64,000 nt of DNA, from positions 56,420,001 through 56,484,000 of the forward strand of contig OX597833.1 of assembly GCA_951406725.2 (NCBI GenBank), given 5' to 3'. This stretch comes from Octopus vulgaris (Eukaryota). Every line of letters starts with the position of its first letter. Positions within the stretch are counted from its first letter, which is position 1. This document shows positions 36,438-50,628 of this stretch, piece after piece. Position numbers and translations under genes: made by a program. Below the pieces are notes generated by a model that saw nothing but the letters and a program-made list of their open reading frames with translations, did not search any database and was not told the origin of the DNA.

Positions 36438-38018
36438 TATATATACACATACATAAAAGGATAAAAGGAGAAAGAGAGGAAGATAGGGAGTAGGATAATT
36501 GAGAAAGAGAAAGAAAAAACAAAGAGGGAGGAAAAGATAGACAGACAGAGAGAGGTTTCTTTTCAATGATATTGCATCAGTGTGGTCAACCCATTGAAAT
36601 TTAATTACAATTCAAGATGTTTTTTTGATTCAGTCATTGCTTTTGAAAACATCTCTCCCTCTTTCCGTTTTTCTTCATTTGACTGTGGCCATGCTGGAGC
36701 ACCACTTTTAGTGAGCAAATTGACCCCAGGACTGACCCCAGGACTTATTCTTTGTAAGCCTAGTACTTATTCTATCGGTCTCTTTTGCCGAACCGCTAAG
36801 TTACGGGGATGTAAACACTCCAGCATTTGTTGTCAAGTGATGTTGGGGGGACAAACACAGACACACAAACATATACACACACATATATATATATATACAT
36901 ATATATACGATGGGCTTTTTTCAGTTTCTGTCTACCAAATCCATTCACAAGGCATTGGTCGGCCCAAGGCTATAGTAGAAGACACTTGCCCAAGGTGCCA
37001 CGCAGTGGGACTGAACCTGGAACCATTTGGTTCGTAAGCATGCTACTTACCACACAGCTACTCCTATGCTATAAATGAAAAAATGGATATATCTACAAAC
37101 ATATTTACAAATATCTATTTACAAATATATTGATATGAAAGAAGAAAAAAGGAAAGAGGAAGATGTTTTGGAAAGCAATGACTGACTGAAGAATAATTGT
37201 AATTAAACATCAATGGGTTGACCACATCCATACAATATCATTGAAAAGAAACCTCTCTCTATCTTTCCCCTTCATTTTTTCTTCTTCCTCTTTTTTCTTA
37301 TCTTTCCCATCCTTCTTCCTAAAATTGACATCTTGAAGGGTTATTTAGCCCCTGCCTCCTATTCGTCTCCTCTCCTCCTATCCTTATTCCCAAACATGTC
37401 AATAAGTATATAATGAGGAAATGTGTATATTTACAAATATGTTGATAGGTATATAATTAGAGAGGAAAAAGGTGAGAGAAAAAAGATGCTTTCAAAAATA
37501 ACGACTGAATCAAGAACAACATTTTGAATTGTTATTAAATTTCAATGGGTTGACCACATTCTGAGTTCAAATTTCGCCAAGGTCGACTTTGCCTTTCATC
37601 CTTTCCGGGGTCGATAAATTAAGTACCAGTTACACACTGGAGTCGATGTAATCGACTTAATCCGTTTGTCTATCCTTGTTTGTCCCCTCTATGTTTAGCC
37701 CCTTATGGGTAGTAAAGAAACAGATACAATATCATTGAAAAGAAACCTCTCTCTGTCTGTCCACCTTTTCCCCCTTCTTTTCTTTCTCTTTCTTGATTGT
37801 CCTGCTCCCTATCTTTCCCCTCTTTCTCCCTTTCTCCTTTTTCCAAAATGCAAAATTTTCTTCTCTTCTAAGCAGAACAAAAAAAATCTGCTCTTCAATT
37901 CATACAAAAGGCTCTGTTTTATTATCTTGGTTTTAATTTCTCTAGAAGAGCTGGGTTAAACAAATGAAAGCACTAAGAATTATCTGAAATTCTGAATTTT
38001 AGAAGCAATAATAAATCT

Positions 38019-38440
38019 CTGGGGCTTCAAACTACAGTAGCATCCACCCTTAGGGGTTAGCCATATTTAAATGGCAAATATACGTCACAATGTGTTGCAG
38101 CTACTGTTTATAACTCGCTCTAAGACTTATTATTGCTCGTATACACTTTTTCAATATCAGTGTCTTTACGATTCTGGAAAAAGGATATGTATTTGTTAAG
38201 GGAACCTACTTTTCATCGACAACTGTGATTGTCACACGCCGATGACGGGTCAATATTCAGAAACTCGAGTCCGTGTGTATCATAAGTTGAAGACAGGAAG
38301 GATGGCTTCCCTTTGCAAATACTGATAGGGCACAGAAAGTGTGTCTATAGCCAGCTGGAGGCGGTGTCCTCCTGGGGCTACAAACTACAGTAGCATCCAC
38401 CTTTAGGGGTTAGCTATATTTAAATGGCAAATATACGTCA
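38019..38440 (+). mobile_element. Retrozyme-like unit: 353-bp period, 69-bp terminal redundancy, central hammerhead motif
   Basis: 38019-38087 is repeated at 38372-38440 with 3 mismatches. HHR motif at 38233-38277. Candidate TSD TGAATTTTAGAA at 37993-38004 and 38444-38455. Confidence 0.72.
38233..38277 (+). ncRNA. Type I hammerhead ribozyme motif (core variant CCGAUGA)
   Basis: CACACG-CCGATGA-CGGGTCAATATTCA-GAAAC-TCGA-GTC-CGTGTG. Perfect 6-bp stem I, palindromic stem III ACTCGAGT and a GUC triplet. Stem II is weak (GGG/TTC). Confidence 0.68.
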
Positions 38441-39847
38441 TGATGAATTTTAGAATTATCTAAAACTTGCCTGCTGTGCTGACGATTCTGCCAGCCCAAA
38501 TATATTAATTTGCACAGCAGGCAAAATGCTTAGTGGCATTTCATCCATCTTAATGTTCTGCGTTCAAATTCCGCTGAGGTCAACTTTGCCTTTCATCCAT
38601 CCAGGCTTGATAAAATAAGTACTGGTGGAACACAGAGGTTGATGTAATCAACTTACTCCACCCTCAAAATGCTGGCTTTGTGCCAAAATTTGAACTTGAT
38701 ACTCTATAGTTATTTCTCTTTATGCATTGGGTTCAAATCCTGTTGGAATTGAGCCTGATGTTCACCTTCCTCCCCTACCATTAATATAATGGAATTGCTT
38801 CAAGTAACTACACCATTTTTTTTACAGATTTGTGGCCAGATGTCAAAACGACATAGAAATAATTCCAAGATATTAACCAAAGTAAATGCAATATTTAAGT
38901 TTGTGTTAACATATTTAATGCATGAACATTCGAAAAGCTAATTAGAAGTAAATATGCAGCGAGGAGAAAACGATATTTGTTGACGACTAAAATTAACCAG
39001 TCAAGTACTGGGGTAGGAATTAATTCACTGTATCTTCAGCTAAAGTATGTGGCCATGTGCCAATGTTCAAAAGCAATATCATTTTCTTCTTTTAAACTAT
39101 GATACTTGAAAACCAACAGGAATTCAACTGTGAGATTACAATTATGATGTCATTAGGGAAGAGGATTATGGGATATCAGGAGTGATAAGGTTTCTATATT
39201 TGATGTCTAAGAGGTGTTGGAGGTATGTGGTTAACTATGATAATAAGACAGTATTGGAGTCTTGAGTGTGAAATTACAACTCTATGGTCGTTGGAGAAGA
39301 TTTATATAAAAGCTGTAGTGATAAGCTCTGTATGTTTGATGTGTAATAAGTTGGACAAATAGTAAATTATGATAGGAATTAGAACTACTCTGTTATTATT
39401 ATCAGCCAGAATATTCATTTCTGATGGCTGAGTTAGTGTTAATAGTTGATGCAGAGGAGATTAAACACTAAATATAGATATAGAGTGAGAAAAGATCCAT
39501 AGCTGGTAGAGCAGTACAGAAATTGGGGTTGGTAGGCATGTTACAAGGCAGATGAAGTGGGCTGCTGAGGTTTTATGGGGTTGTTCGTTTTTGTAAGGCT
39601 CTGATGCAGCGAGTAGGGGGGATATAAATTTCATAAATTGAAGCAGCAGAGAAGGTCACAAGGTGGCTTAGGATGAAGAGGGCAGAGCAGTTGTTTGCTG
39701 CTCCTGAGATGCAAGCTGGGGACTTGATTAACTGGGTAAGGCGGGATCTAATGTTGAAAGACCTGAAACTCCCTAACAGCCCAGAAACATCTCTGACAAT
39801 GCATCCCAGAGCATTCATGAGATTTATCTTAAAACTATGTAAATAAA

Positions 39848-39893
<46 letters not shown>

Positions 39894-40362
39894 TGTGTAT
39901 GTGTGTGTGTGTATGTGTGTGTGTTACCATGTGTGAATGCATGTGCATTCACACACACATATATAGATAGATAGATATGTGTGTATATGTATGTGATATA
40001 CGTATATATCATCATTTATCACCAGTTTTCTATGCTAAAATTCATTCCTGTGTGTGTGGGTGTGTGAGTGTGGTGTGTGTGTGTCTGTGTGTGTGCGTGT
40101 GTGTGTGGGGGCAGGTGGCTTAGTAGTTAAGCTGTTGCGCTCATGATCCTATGATTGTAGTATGGAGTCTTGCATCAGGTGATGCTTTGAGTTTTTGCAC
40201 AAAACACTTCATTTCACAATTCTCTTGTCCAATCAGCTGACCAAAAATGAGTAAACCTATGACAGATTGGCATCCTGTCCAGGGGAAATATATATTAAAT
40301 GCCATGGAATCTGGGGAACCAGCCTTACGAGTCAATGACTTTTGAAGGACCTTTGATCTTTT

Positions 40363-40398
<36 letters not shown>

Positions 40399-41354
40399 TT
40401 AGAGATAAAACCACTATTAGGCAAATCAAACAGTGAAAAACATAAACCAAAACATAGAAATAAAATTAATATAATATAGAAATAAATATAGTTTGATTTG
40501 CCTAATAGTGGTTTTATCTCTAATTTAATATAAATATATATTTATACTGTAAAATTAGATTTAATCCTAAATCTAATTTTTCCCTGTAAGTTTGGATTTA
40601 CTCCCTAATATTATTATAATATATATATAGATATAGACACAATATCGTCTTTACAGACAATGTAGAAAAAATACACCTTCTGTCATAAATGACAAAAGTA
40701 GATAAAAAGTTATTTTACCCTTTACCGGGCAAATTTCACAATAATTAAATGACAACAATTTTTTGCCCCATAGGGCGAAAACACCATCGAAACGACGTCA
40801 AAAGTTCAATTTACACGGGAATCCACAAAAGAGTATAACAATTAACAAAAATCACCAACAAAAATTAAGACTCACACTGGCAAAGATTCCAACAGCAAAC
40901 GATGTAGTGAAGAGAGGCAGCTCTGGAGATGTACCTAAGAAAGGCAAACCTGAAGGAACTAAATAAAGCTTATAGCTTTATATATAATTTGGCCAACAAG
41001 TTGACTGATTTGTATTAGTAGATTGTCCGATTGAGAAAAATATCCGAGTAATGGTGCAAAGCAGTGTTTACGTATAATCCCAATTTAGATTAATTGAAAT
41101 ATGTTTGTCACATATTTTTTCTCCACAGTAACTGCAGTGTATTTACCTTTAGCAGTTGAAATATGGGACAAACATATTTCAACTAACCTAAACTGTGCCA
41201 TGTAAAAAGCACTAAGTCCACTCTGCTGAGTGGTTAGTGTTAGGAAGGGCATCCAGCTGTAAAATTCTTGCCAAAACAGTCACAGAAGTCTGGTGTATGC
41301 TTCAGCTTGGCCAGCTCTTGTAGTACCATCCTACCCATGCTAGCATGGAAGACG

Positions 41355-41390
<36 letters not shown>

Positions 41391-41972
41391 CGTAAAAAGC
41401 ACCATCCGATTGTGGCTGTTTGCCAGCCTCGCCTGGCCTCATGCCGGTGGCACGTAAAAAGCACCATCTGATTGTGGCCGTTTGCCAGCCTCGTCTGGCA
41501 CCTGTACCGGTGGCACGTAAAAAGGCACCCACTACACTCATGAAGTGGTTGGCGTGAGGAAGGGCATCCAGCCGTAGAAACATTGCCAGATCAGACTGGG
41601 CCTGGTGCAGCCTTCTGGCTTCCCAGACCCCAGTTGCACCGTCCAACTCATGCCAGCATGGAAAGCGGATGCTAAACGATAATGATGATATATATACATG
41701 ATGTTTTTTTATTTTTACAGTCAATATAAGCAACAATTCTAGACATGACTCGGCTTTATTTTCTAAAAGATTTTCTAAATTATATGATTTTAAATGAATT
41801 CTGTTTCTGTACATCGAAAATTATGATGGCTTGTATAATTTACTTAGTGAATCATTCATCACTATTTCGACTACCAAGACGTGAACACATCTGGAGTTAT
41901 CTCCCATGCTTTCTTCTTGAACCTATTTTCAACTAACTACAGACAAAACACGCATCTAAACGCAATTGCTTT

Positions 41973-42096
<124 letters not shown>

Positions 42097-42098
42097 TG

Positions 42099-42143
<45 letters not shown>

Positions 42144-43415
42144 GTGATATTATTTAACTGTCACGTTTAACCAGTGGTCCAAACTTATTAGACACCATTC
42201 CAAGGTATCCAAGTCTTTTATAGTTATCATATAATTATCTAATCTTCCATACGAGATCTTAATACTGTGCAAGTATCCTGTTTCCCAGTCATCTAACTAA
42301 ATTGACTCCATTACAATGCATCCTACAACTAAGGTTATACCATTTATCTCTTCTAATTACAGCATTTGTTGTAATCATCTGGATTAGATCTTCATGCTAT
42401 TTAACTATCGTAATCAACCATTTGTCTAATCTCATGAATGAGATCTTGATACTTCACAACCATTTCATTCCTTGATTCCTATTTTTGATATTCCCTAATT
42501 CTGGAATGACAGAAATGGTAGTACACTAGACTAAATAGGTTATTTACTAGAACTTTTTTTTTGTGTGTGAGTTCATGGCTGTTTCCTGCACCTGCTTCAA
42601 ATAGAAGCCCCAACCCATCCAAAGTACCTTGGATCGCAAGATGGCCTGCTGTAGTTTACCTTGGATTGTAGGGCTTGGGGAGACCTATTGAGTCAAGTAC
42701 ATCAACATCAAAAAATCAAATGGAAATTATAGTTGTGACACCTGTGTCGGTAGCACGTAAAGAGCACCATCTGAACGTGGCTGATGCCAGTGCCGCCTTG
42801 ACTGGCTTCCATGCCACTGGTACATAAAACGCACCAACCGATCATGGCCATTGCCAGCCTTGCCTGGCCTCTGCGCCAGTGGCACGTAAAAAGCACCCAC
42901 TACACTCACGGAGTGGTTGGCATTAGGAAGGGCATCCAGCTGTAGAAACACTGCCAAACCAGACTGGAGCCTGGTACAGCCTCCATGGCTTATCAGACCC
43001 TGGTCGAACCGTCCAACCCATGCTAGCATGGATAACGGACGTTAAACGATGATGATGATGATGAAGGAAGCATCAATGACAATTCAAAACCAACAAGACC
43101 TGTGGGGAGGAAGGCCAACCCTTAGGGAAACATGATGTGATGCAGCAAAATCTGAAAGGAAACTTAACATCCTGCATGATCAGGCTCTAGTCTGGAACCC
43201 ATAAAAGAAACAAAAGAGAAGATACATTAAAAATAACTGGCGGTAGGATACTGAGGCACATTTGAAAAATGCAGGGATCTAACTTGAGAGAAGTAGAAAA
43301 GGGAGCTCAGAGTTGAGAATAGAGGAGAAAAGCTACCAATGGCCTCTACTCCATTGGGAGCGAAAGGCTTCTGACTATTATCACAATTCATTGGTACATG
43401 CCATGTATTTAGCCT

Positions 43416-44286
43416 GTGGAGGCACATGGCCTAGTGGTTAGAGCAGCGGACTCGCGGTCGAGGGATTGTGGGTTCGAATCTCAGACTGGGTGATGTGTGT
43501 GTTTATGAGCAAAACACCTAAGCTCCACGCGGCTCCGGCAGAAGGTAATGGCGAACTTCTGCTGACTCTTTCACCACAACTTTCTCTCACTCTTTCCTGC
43601 ATCTTGCAGCTCACCTGTGACGGACCAGCATCCCATCCCCTCCAGGTGGAGAACCTATAAGCCAAGGAAACTGAGAAACCGGCCCTTATGAGCCAGGAAT
43701 GGCTTGAGAAGGAACAAACAAACTCGTGGTTGAGGGATCACGGGTCAAATCTCAGACTGGGCGATGTGTGTGTTTATGAGCAAAACACCTAAGCTCCACG
43801 CAGCTCCGGCAGAAGGTAATGGCCAACTTCTGCTGACTCTTTCGCCACAACTTTCTCTCACTCTTTCCTCCTGCATCTTGCAGCTCACACCTGCAATGGA
43901 CCGGCGTCCCGTCCAGGTGGGGAACCTATACTCCAAGAAACCAGGAAACCGGCTCTTATGAGCCAGGCATGGCTCGAGAAGGAACAAACAAACTCGCGAT
44001 TGAGGGATCATAGTTTCGAATCTCAGACCGGGTGATGTGTGTTTTCATGAGCGAAACACCTAAGCTCCATATTGCTCCGGCAGAAGGTAATGGCAAAACT
44101 TCTGCTGACTCTTTCACCACAACTTTCTCTCACTCTTTCCTCCTCCTGCATCTTGCAGCTCATTTGCGACGGATCAGCGTCCCGTCCAGGTGGGGAACCT
44201 ATATGCCAAGGAAACCAGGAAACCGGGAAACCGGCCCTTATGAGCCAGGCATGGCTCGATAAGGAACAAACAAACAAACAACAACG
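43416..44286 (+). mobile_element. Head-to-tail SINE trimer inside one TSD
   Basis: Units start at about 43416, 43722 and 43992. TSD TGTATTTAGCCT at 43404-43415 and 44287-44298. Confidence 0.88.
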
Positions 44287-44368
44287 TGTATTTAGCCTCT
44301 CCACTTTAACAAGACAAGTAAAATAAGAAATTTAAGTAATAAAAATGTTGAAATAAGTGGCAGCTATA

Positions 44369-44369
<1 letters not shown>

Positions 44370-44402
<33 letters not shown>

Positions 44403-44790
44403 TGTGTACAGTGCTCAGGTGCACTACAACTCATCTAAAGTGTATATATAATCAGGTGTAGTTTCGGCGGATTTCGGAAAGCATGAGGGCCTTAAAGGAT
44501 GCAGTGTCATGGCAGTCAACAACTGACGCAGGCAGTTTATTCCATGCTTCAGCAATTCTGAGCGTGAAAATGTTTCCGAAAGTCATGGGAGCTGTGCTGT
44601 TTTCTGACTTTGTAGGCATGTCCACGTGTGTTAGACACATGGAGATCGAAAAGGTGTTCAGTGTTGTTGTTGGTGAGGTGGTTGATAACTTTGTGGGTGT
44701 TTACCAAGTCCGTCGCCAGACGCCGGAGCTTCAGTGAATCCATGCCCAGGGAAACAAGGCGCTCAGAATATGGTAGGTGTCTGATGGAGG
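44370..44790 (-). mobile_element. 5'-truncated CR1-type LINE 3' end
   Basis: LPYSERLVSLGMDSLKLRRLATDL...TRGHAYKV... (frameshift) ...LRIAEAWNKLPASVV...SFK, then a short 3' UTR and (TTA)n tail. Confidence 0.88.
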
Positions 44791-45465
44791 AGTTTTGAAA
44801 CATAAGCAGTATCCACTACTGTTGGTGTGTTTGGTAGATAGAGGGATATTTTTAATATCTTTCTTTTTTTTGTTAGGATAAAAATTATTAATAATGTTCT
44901 TCCAAGTTTATTTGACACACTAGAGTACCTTTCAAAGAGAAACTTTGCTGAGATCAGCATTTTGTTGCATTCCGTTATTCGACAGCAGTTTCTGCTCCAA
45001 CCCTAACGACTATAAATCTCAAATCTGATTCTTGAAGAAAGCTCTTGAAAAGGATTAAGTATGCTAATGTCGTAGAATATAAAAACAATCCAACATTCTT
45101 TAGACAACTTCGGTAGTTGTTGCTGATTGAGCTAACATAAGAGGAAAGACATCCTGACTTGTTTTAGAACCACATTCATTATCTAATATGTGTGTGTGTG
45201 CATGTGTACATGTCTCTCTCTCTCTCTTTCTTTATGATGAAGGGATACAATTTCATAGAGTTTTAGCTACTATTTCTAGCAACCTGAGCAGTAAGCAATA
45301 AAACAGGGCTTCACCCATCTATAGATTGCATTTGGTTTTATGAAAAAAAGAAAATTGGGGAAAATTGGAAGAACATAGCTAGGACTAATTTAATACAAGC
45401 TCCCTTTACATTTTTTTTTCAATTATTAGATAATATTTAATAATACGATAAAATGATAAACGTTA

Positions 45466-45754
45466 CCCTTTTCAAGCCTAGCCAGACTCACGGGCCCGGT
45501 TTCCCGGTTTCTGTGGTGTATGTGTTCCCTCTCAGCTGGACGGGACGCCAGTCCATCACAGCATTACTCAAGAAACAGGAAGAGAGAGTGAGAGAAAGTT
45601 GTGGCGAAAGAGTACAACAAGGGTTGCCACCAGCCCCTGCTGGAGCCTCATGGAGTTTTTAGGTGTTTTCACTCAATAAACACACACAACGAATTGAAAC
45701 CATGATCCTCTGACTGCGAGTCCGTTGCCCTAACCACTGGGCCATTGCGCCTCC
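45466..45754 (-). mobile_element. tRNA-derived SINE (GGAGGCGCAATGG head, CTAGGCTTGAAAAGGG tail); second copy at 52616-52905(+)
   Basis: A-box head shared with the 13272 family; core and tail shared with the 2779 family. Confidence 0.78.
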
Positions 45755-45775
45755 AATATTTAATAATAGAGGTAA

Positions 45776-46168
45776 CTAGCAGTATCGCCTGTCGTTGCTC
45801 GGGTTTGTTTCGACCCTTTAGAATTGGAATTTCTGAAAAGTAAAAATTTTGCATTAGGTAGCTTGTTATTCTCTTTAAGTGAACATTTTTCTGGTTGAAA
45901 TACACCGAAAATTGGCGACACAGCAGTCAAAAAATCGTTAAAAAATAGGGATTTTCATAGAAAAAAAGCACCTTTTTGATGTAAATATTTTTTGGTGTTA
46001 ACATGGTCCGATTTGAATTTTATCTTCTACGGAAGGAAGAGCAAGCCTTCTTCTATCATACTCTCAATTTTGGTCAACTTGCGCCACAGGGTCTCGGAGG
46101 AGATAGTGTTAGTTGAAGGCTACTAAACCTGCCATACACAGACAACTTCAGCTTTATATAGAGAGAGA
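45776..46168 (-). mobile_element. Non-autonomous Helitron-like element (copy of 62074-62462)
   Basis: Minus strand starts TC and ends CCCGAGCAACGACAGG...CTAG between A and T. Colinear with the plus-strand copy. Confidence 0.75.
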
Positions 46169-46701
46169 TTAATTATTGAATAGTGCAAATATTTTATCTC
46201 TTTCTTCTGAACCTCTAGTGAACATCTAATATAACACACTGAAATATTTACAGTGCAAAACTGATGTAAAGATTATTTCAACAGAATTTGTATCCATAAC
46301 TCCACTTTTGCTTCTCAAATACAGTTTTCCATTCTATCCAGGACTTTTGTTCCTTTAAACTTGACTGTCAAAGAGTGAAGTAGATAAGATGAATGAGAGA
46401 TAAACCTCTCCTGAGTGAAGATATTAGTCTGTAACCATCTGTAAAAATCTTGATCAGGAGTGGCTGTGTGGTAAGTAGCTTGCTTACCAACCACAGGGTT
46501 CTGGAGTTCAGTCCCACTGCATGGCACCTTGGGCAAGTGTCTTCTGCTGTAGTCTCGGGCCAACCAAAGCCTTGTGAGTGGATTTGGTAGACAGAAACAG
46601 AAAGAAGCCCATCGTATATATGTGTGTGCATATATATGTGTGTGTGTGTGTGTGTATGATACATATATATAGATATATATATATATCTATATATATGTAT
46701 G

Positions 46702-46761
<60 letters not shown>

Positions 46762-49700
46762 TGTGTGTGTGTATATGTTTGTGCGTCTGTGTTTGTCCCC
46801 ACAACATCGCTTGACAACCAATGCTGGTGTGTTTATGTCCCTGTAACTTAGCGGTTCGGCAAAAAGAGCCTGACAGAATAAGTACCAGGCTTATAAAGAA
46901 TAAGTCCTGGGGTCGATTTGCTCGACTAAAGGTGGTGCTCCAGCATGGCCACAGTCAAATGACTGAAACAAGTAAAAGAGTAAAAGAGTAAACCTTTAAT
47001 CAAGAGAGTTCTGCTATGATCATTTTGCCTTTTATTTAGGCACAATGTATCTAAGAAGGACCAAACTAGCTAATGTGTTTTTCTTTTGGTTGTTTTTGAG
47101 ATTGTACAGTGTAATATGATGTAATGAGAGAGATTTTGCTGTTATTTCTAGAAGGACAAGCGATACTTGAAGGAAGCAGGTATCTCATTTCAAAGGTGGC
47201 AAGCTGGCAGAAACGTTAGCACACCGGGCGAAATGCGTAGCCATATTTCATCTGCCGTTACATTCTGACTTCAACTTCCACTGAGGTTGACTTTGCTCTT
47301 CGTCCTTTCAGGGTCGATAAATTAAGTACCAGTTACGCACTGGGGTCGATATAATCTGTCCTTGTTTGTCTCCTCTGTGTCTCCTCTGTGTTTAGCCCCT
47401 TGTGGGTAGTAAAGAAATAGGTTCCTCACTTCAAAACTTGGTAAATATTTTACATACACAAGAGAATCGAAGCATGTAGAATAAAGTGTCCTGGTCAGAG
47501 ACAGCAATGATGTAATGACTACAACAGTGGTTTGAACTCACGATGAAGAGTTTAAAGCTGAGTATGTTTTCTATTTGGCCATTTTGAACTAACAGCGTTC
47601 AATGCACTGTTACACCAGTAATCAAATGTCAAAAAGATATTTCTTTTCCTTTTGCTTCTCTGTAACAAATATGTTTAATATTTTAATGAAGAAACTTATC
47701 TGAGGTAATATGACCCTTGGATTTGTAATCTACGTGAAGTGGTTACAGTTTGTGAGTTCAGACTGGTTCTGTAAGCCAATATATCAAAATGAGATGGGTG
47801 GTGCCAAGGAAGGGGAATTAACATGAGCCAATGTAGAAACTGAAGGATTATAGCAAGCTAGTCAAAAATTGCTCGATACTTATACTCTTTGCTTAGAGAT
47901 TTCATTAAAGTACATCCAACCCTGTATCTTGATACTGTTTTTCACTTGGGGTAATAATACTTCGAACCATTCCACTCCATTGTACCAATTTCAGACTTCT
48001 GGAGTATGTATGTAACTAAGTAACATAGATTCGTACTTGTAATGTTCGTTATTTCTTTCACCTCTCCAAGGAAAATGTGCTTGTGTCATCATGGGATGGG
48101 ATCAGGTTGTTATTGTATGTTTTGCAGACGGGGATCACAAAAGTTATATCTGTGTTTTGGAAGGGGATGGGATTAGGAAAAAAAATTATGTCTGTGTTTT
48201 GTGGGGATAGGGGTCAGAAATGTTATGTTTGCATTTTGGATAACAGGGACAAGGGTTCTAGTTGATCCTATCAACAACCTGCTCATGAAATTAATGTATT
48301 TCTTTACTACCCACAAGGGACTAAACACAGAGAAGACAAACAAGGACAGACAAAGGGATTAAGTCGATTACATCGACCCCAGTGCATAACTGGTACTTAA
48401 TTTATCGACCCAGAAAGAATGAAAGGCAAAGTCGACCTCGGCAGAATTTGAACTCAGAACGTAATGGCAGACAAAATATGGCTATGCATTTTGCCCCGCG
48501 TGCTAACATTTCTGCCAGCTCATGTGCAAGTGGCTGAGTACTCCACAGGCATGCATACCATTAATGTAGTTTTCAGAGAGGTTCAGCATGACCCAGACTG
48601 TGACAAAGCTGGCTCTTTGAAATACAGGTACTACTCATTTTTGCCAGCTGAGTGTACTGGGGCAGTGTGAAATAAAGTGTCTTGCTCAAGGACAATGTGC
48701 TGTCTTGCCTCAAATTCATGACCTTACGATTGTGAGCTGCATATCCTAACCACTAAGCCATATGTGTTTTGGTTATAAGATGAGAAAAATTATATTTGTG
48801 TTTGAGGGAAGAATTGTGTAAGTAGAATATTTTTTTTAAATTGCCATTTAGTCAGGAAAGAAAAGGCAGTGTCCATGGTTCTTTATTTTCCAGGGCCTTC
48901 AAGAATGGTGGCAGAAAAGTGAGGAAGTTATCCTCAAACTGGGAATCTTGTCCATATTCTTAGAACAGAGTAAATTCTGTAACTGTCTTACAAATAGTTT
49001 CTTTCGTTTCCGCTCTGTAACACAGCTGGACCTTTGAATTTTGGGTTCACTCCACCCAAAGAGCTTCCACACAGCTTCCATTAACCCAGTTTCACTCACA
49101 AGGTTTAATTTTACTTGTAGATTATGGTAAAAAAATACTTAAGCCAGATTATTACTGGTACTTATTTAATAGACATATTGAATCCTCAAACTCTTTCTCC
49201 ATTTCATCATGGACAGCCACTTGGTCAGAGAGAGAGAGACAAGCCACAAGAAGTGTTGCACAAAAGATTATCACACCAGTTCACTTTTGTCATTGTTCAG
49301 GAATCTTTGAGGTTGTATAGGTTTCAGCGTGATCATCATCATCATCATCTTTGTTTAACGTCCGCTTTCCATGCTAGCATAGGTTGGACAATTTGACTGA
49401 GGACTGGCGAACCAGATGGCTGCACCAGGCTCCAATCTTGATCTGGCAGAGTTTCTACAGCTGGATGCCCTTCCTAATGCCAACCACTCTGAGAGTGTAG
49501 TGGGTTCTTTTACGTGCCACCGGCACAAGGGCCAGTCAGGCGGTACTGGCAATGGTCACGGAAAATCGTGTTTTTTTTTAACGTGTCACCTGCACACTGG
49601 CACAAGTGCCAGTAAGGCGACGCTGGTAATGATCACGCTCGAATGGTGCTTTTTACGTGCCACTGGCATGAACACCAGTTAGCTGTTCTGGCAATGATCA

Positions 49701-50090
49701 CACTCGGATGAGGCTCTTAGTGCTCCACTACTCATGCATTATCAGCCTCAACCCTCTTGGAGTAGCTGTTGGCAGCAAATGGATCTCTTGACCAGCGGAC
49801 CTTGTCACTTGCACCAGAAACAACAGAGTATATTCTTTCATCTGGTCAGATATTTCCCTGAAACAAGTTGCAACAGTTAGATGGTAGTACATCAAAATAT
49901 AGACATGAGTTACTCCTATCCAGTTTTCAGAAATAGCTTCTTCTCAGCCCATTCACAACCTCTTGAAATAGGATGAAAGGTCTGTAACACTTGAGGGGTG
50001 CAGGTCTCATCGCTTAAACTATTTGTCGAAGGAAAAGCCAAGACTTTGAATATCTTCAACAACATAAATATTTTTTATTTTTCTGGATTC

Positions 50091-50128
<38 letters not shown>

Positions 50129-50628
50129 CCTTATTTAATAGACATATTGAATCCTCAAACTCTTTCTCCATTTCATCATGGACAGCCACTTGGTCAGAGA
50201 GAGAGAGACAAGCCACAAGAAGTGTTGCACAAAAGATTAGCTATGGAGCTAGTTGCTGTAGTTAAGTGGTGTGAACCAAATCCTGTTTTGTTCCAGCATA
50301 GAGTAGCTTCACCACGTGGTGGCAGCTTGGGATAGCTGTGAGCTTTGAGAGAGATCGATACATGGGAAGTTTTGCTGCTGGTAGTTCTCTGTGTCACTAC
50401 ACTCTTCTCAGTTTTAACCCATGTGGTGATATGATTTGAACTACATCTCCCAAGGATTTCTAATACTAGCCAGAAGGTTTTAGGGGCCTTGTGCTTATTT
50501 GTTAACCCTTATGGCTACAAGAGACCTTTATGGAGGTATTTGTTGGGAGAAAGCTATATATGGTCATAATTTATTGAAACAGCTGTGTGTAGTTGCATAA
50601 TATAGCTAATTACTTTATTAATTATTAA

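Noticed and set aside
40690-40970. 67-aa basic ORF, possible Penelope ORF fragment
   Set aside because: No diagnostic RT or GIY-YIG motif seen.
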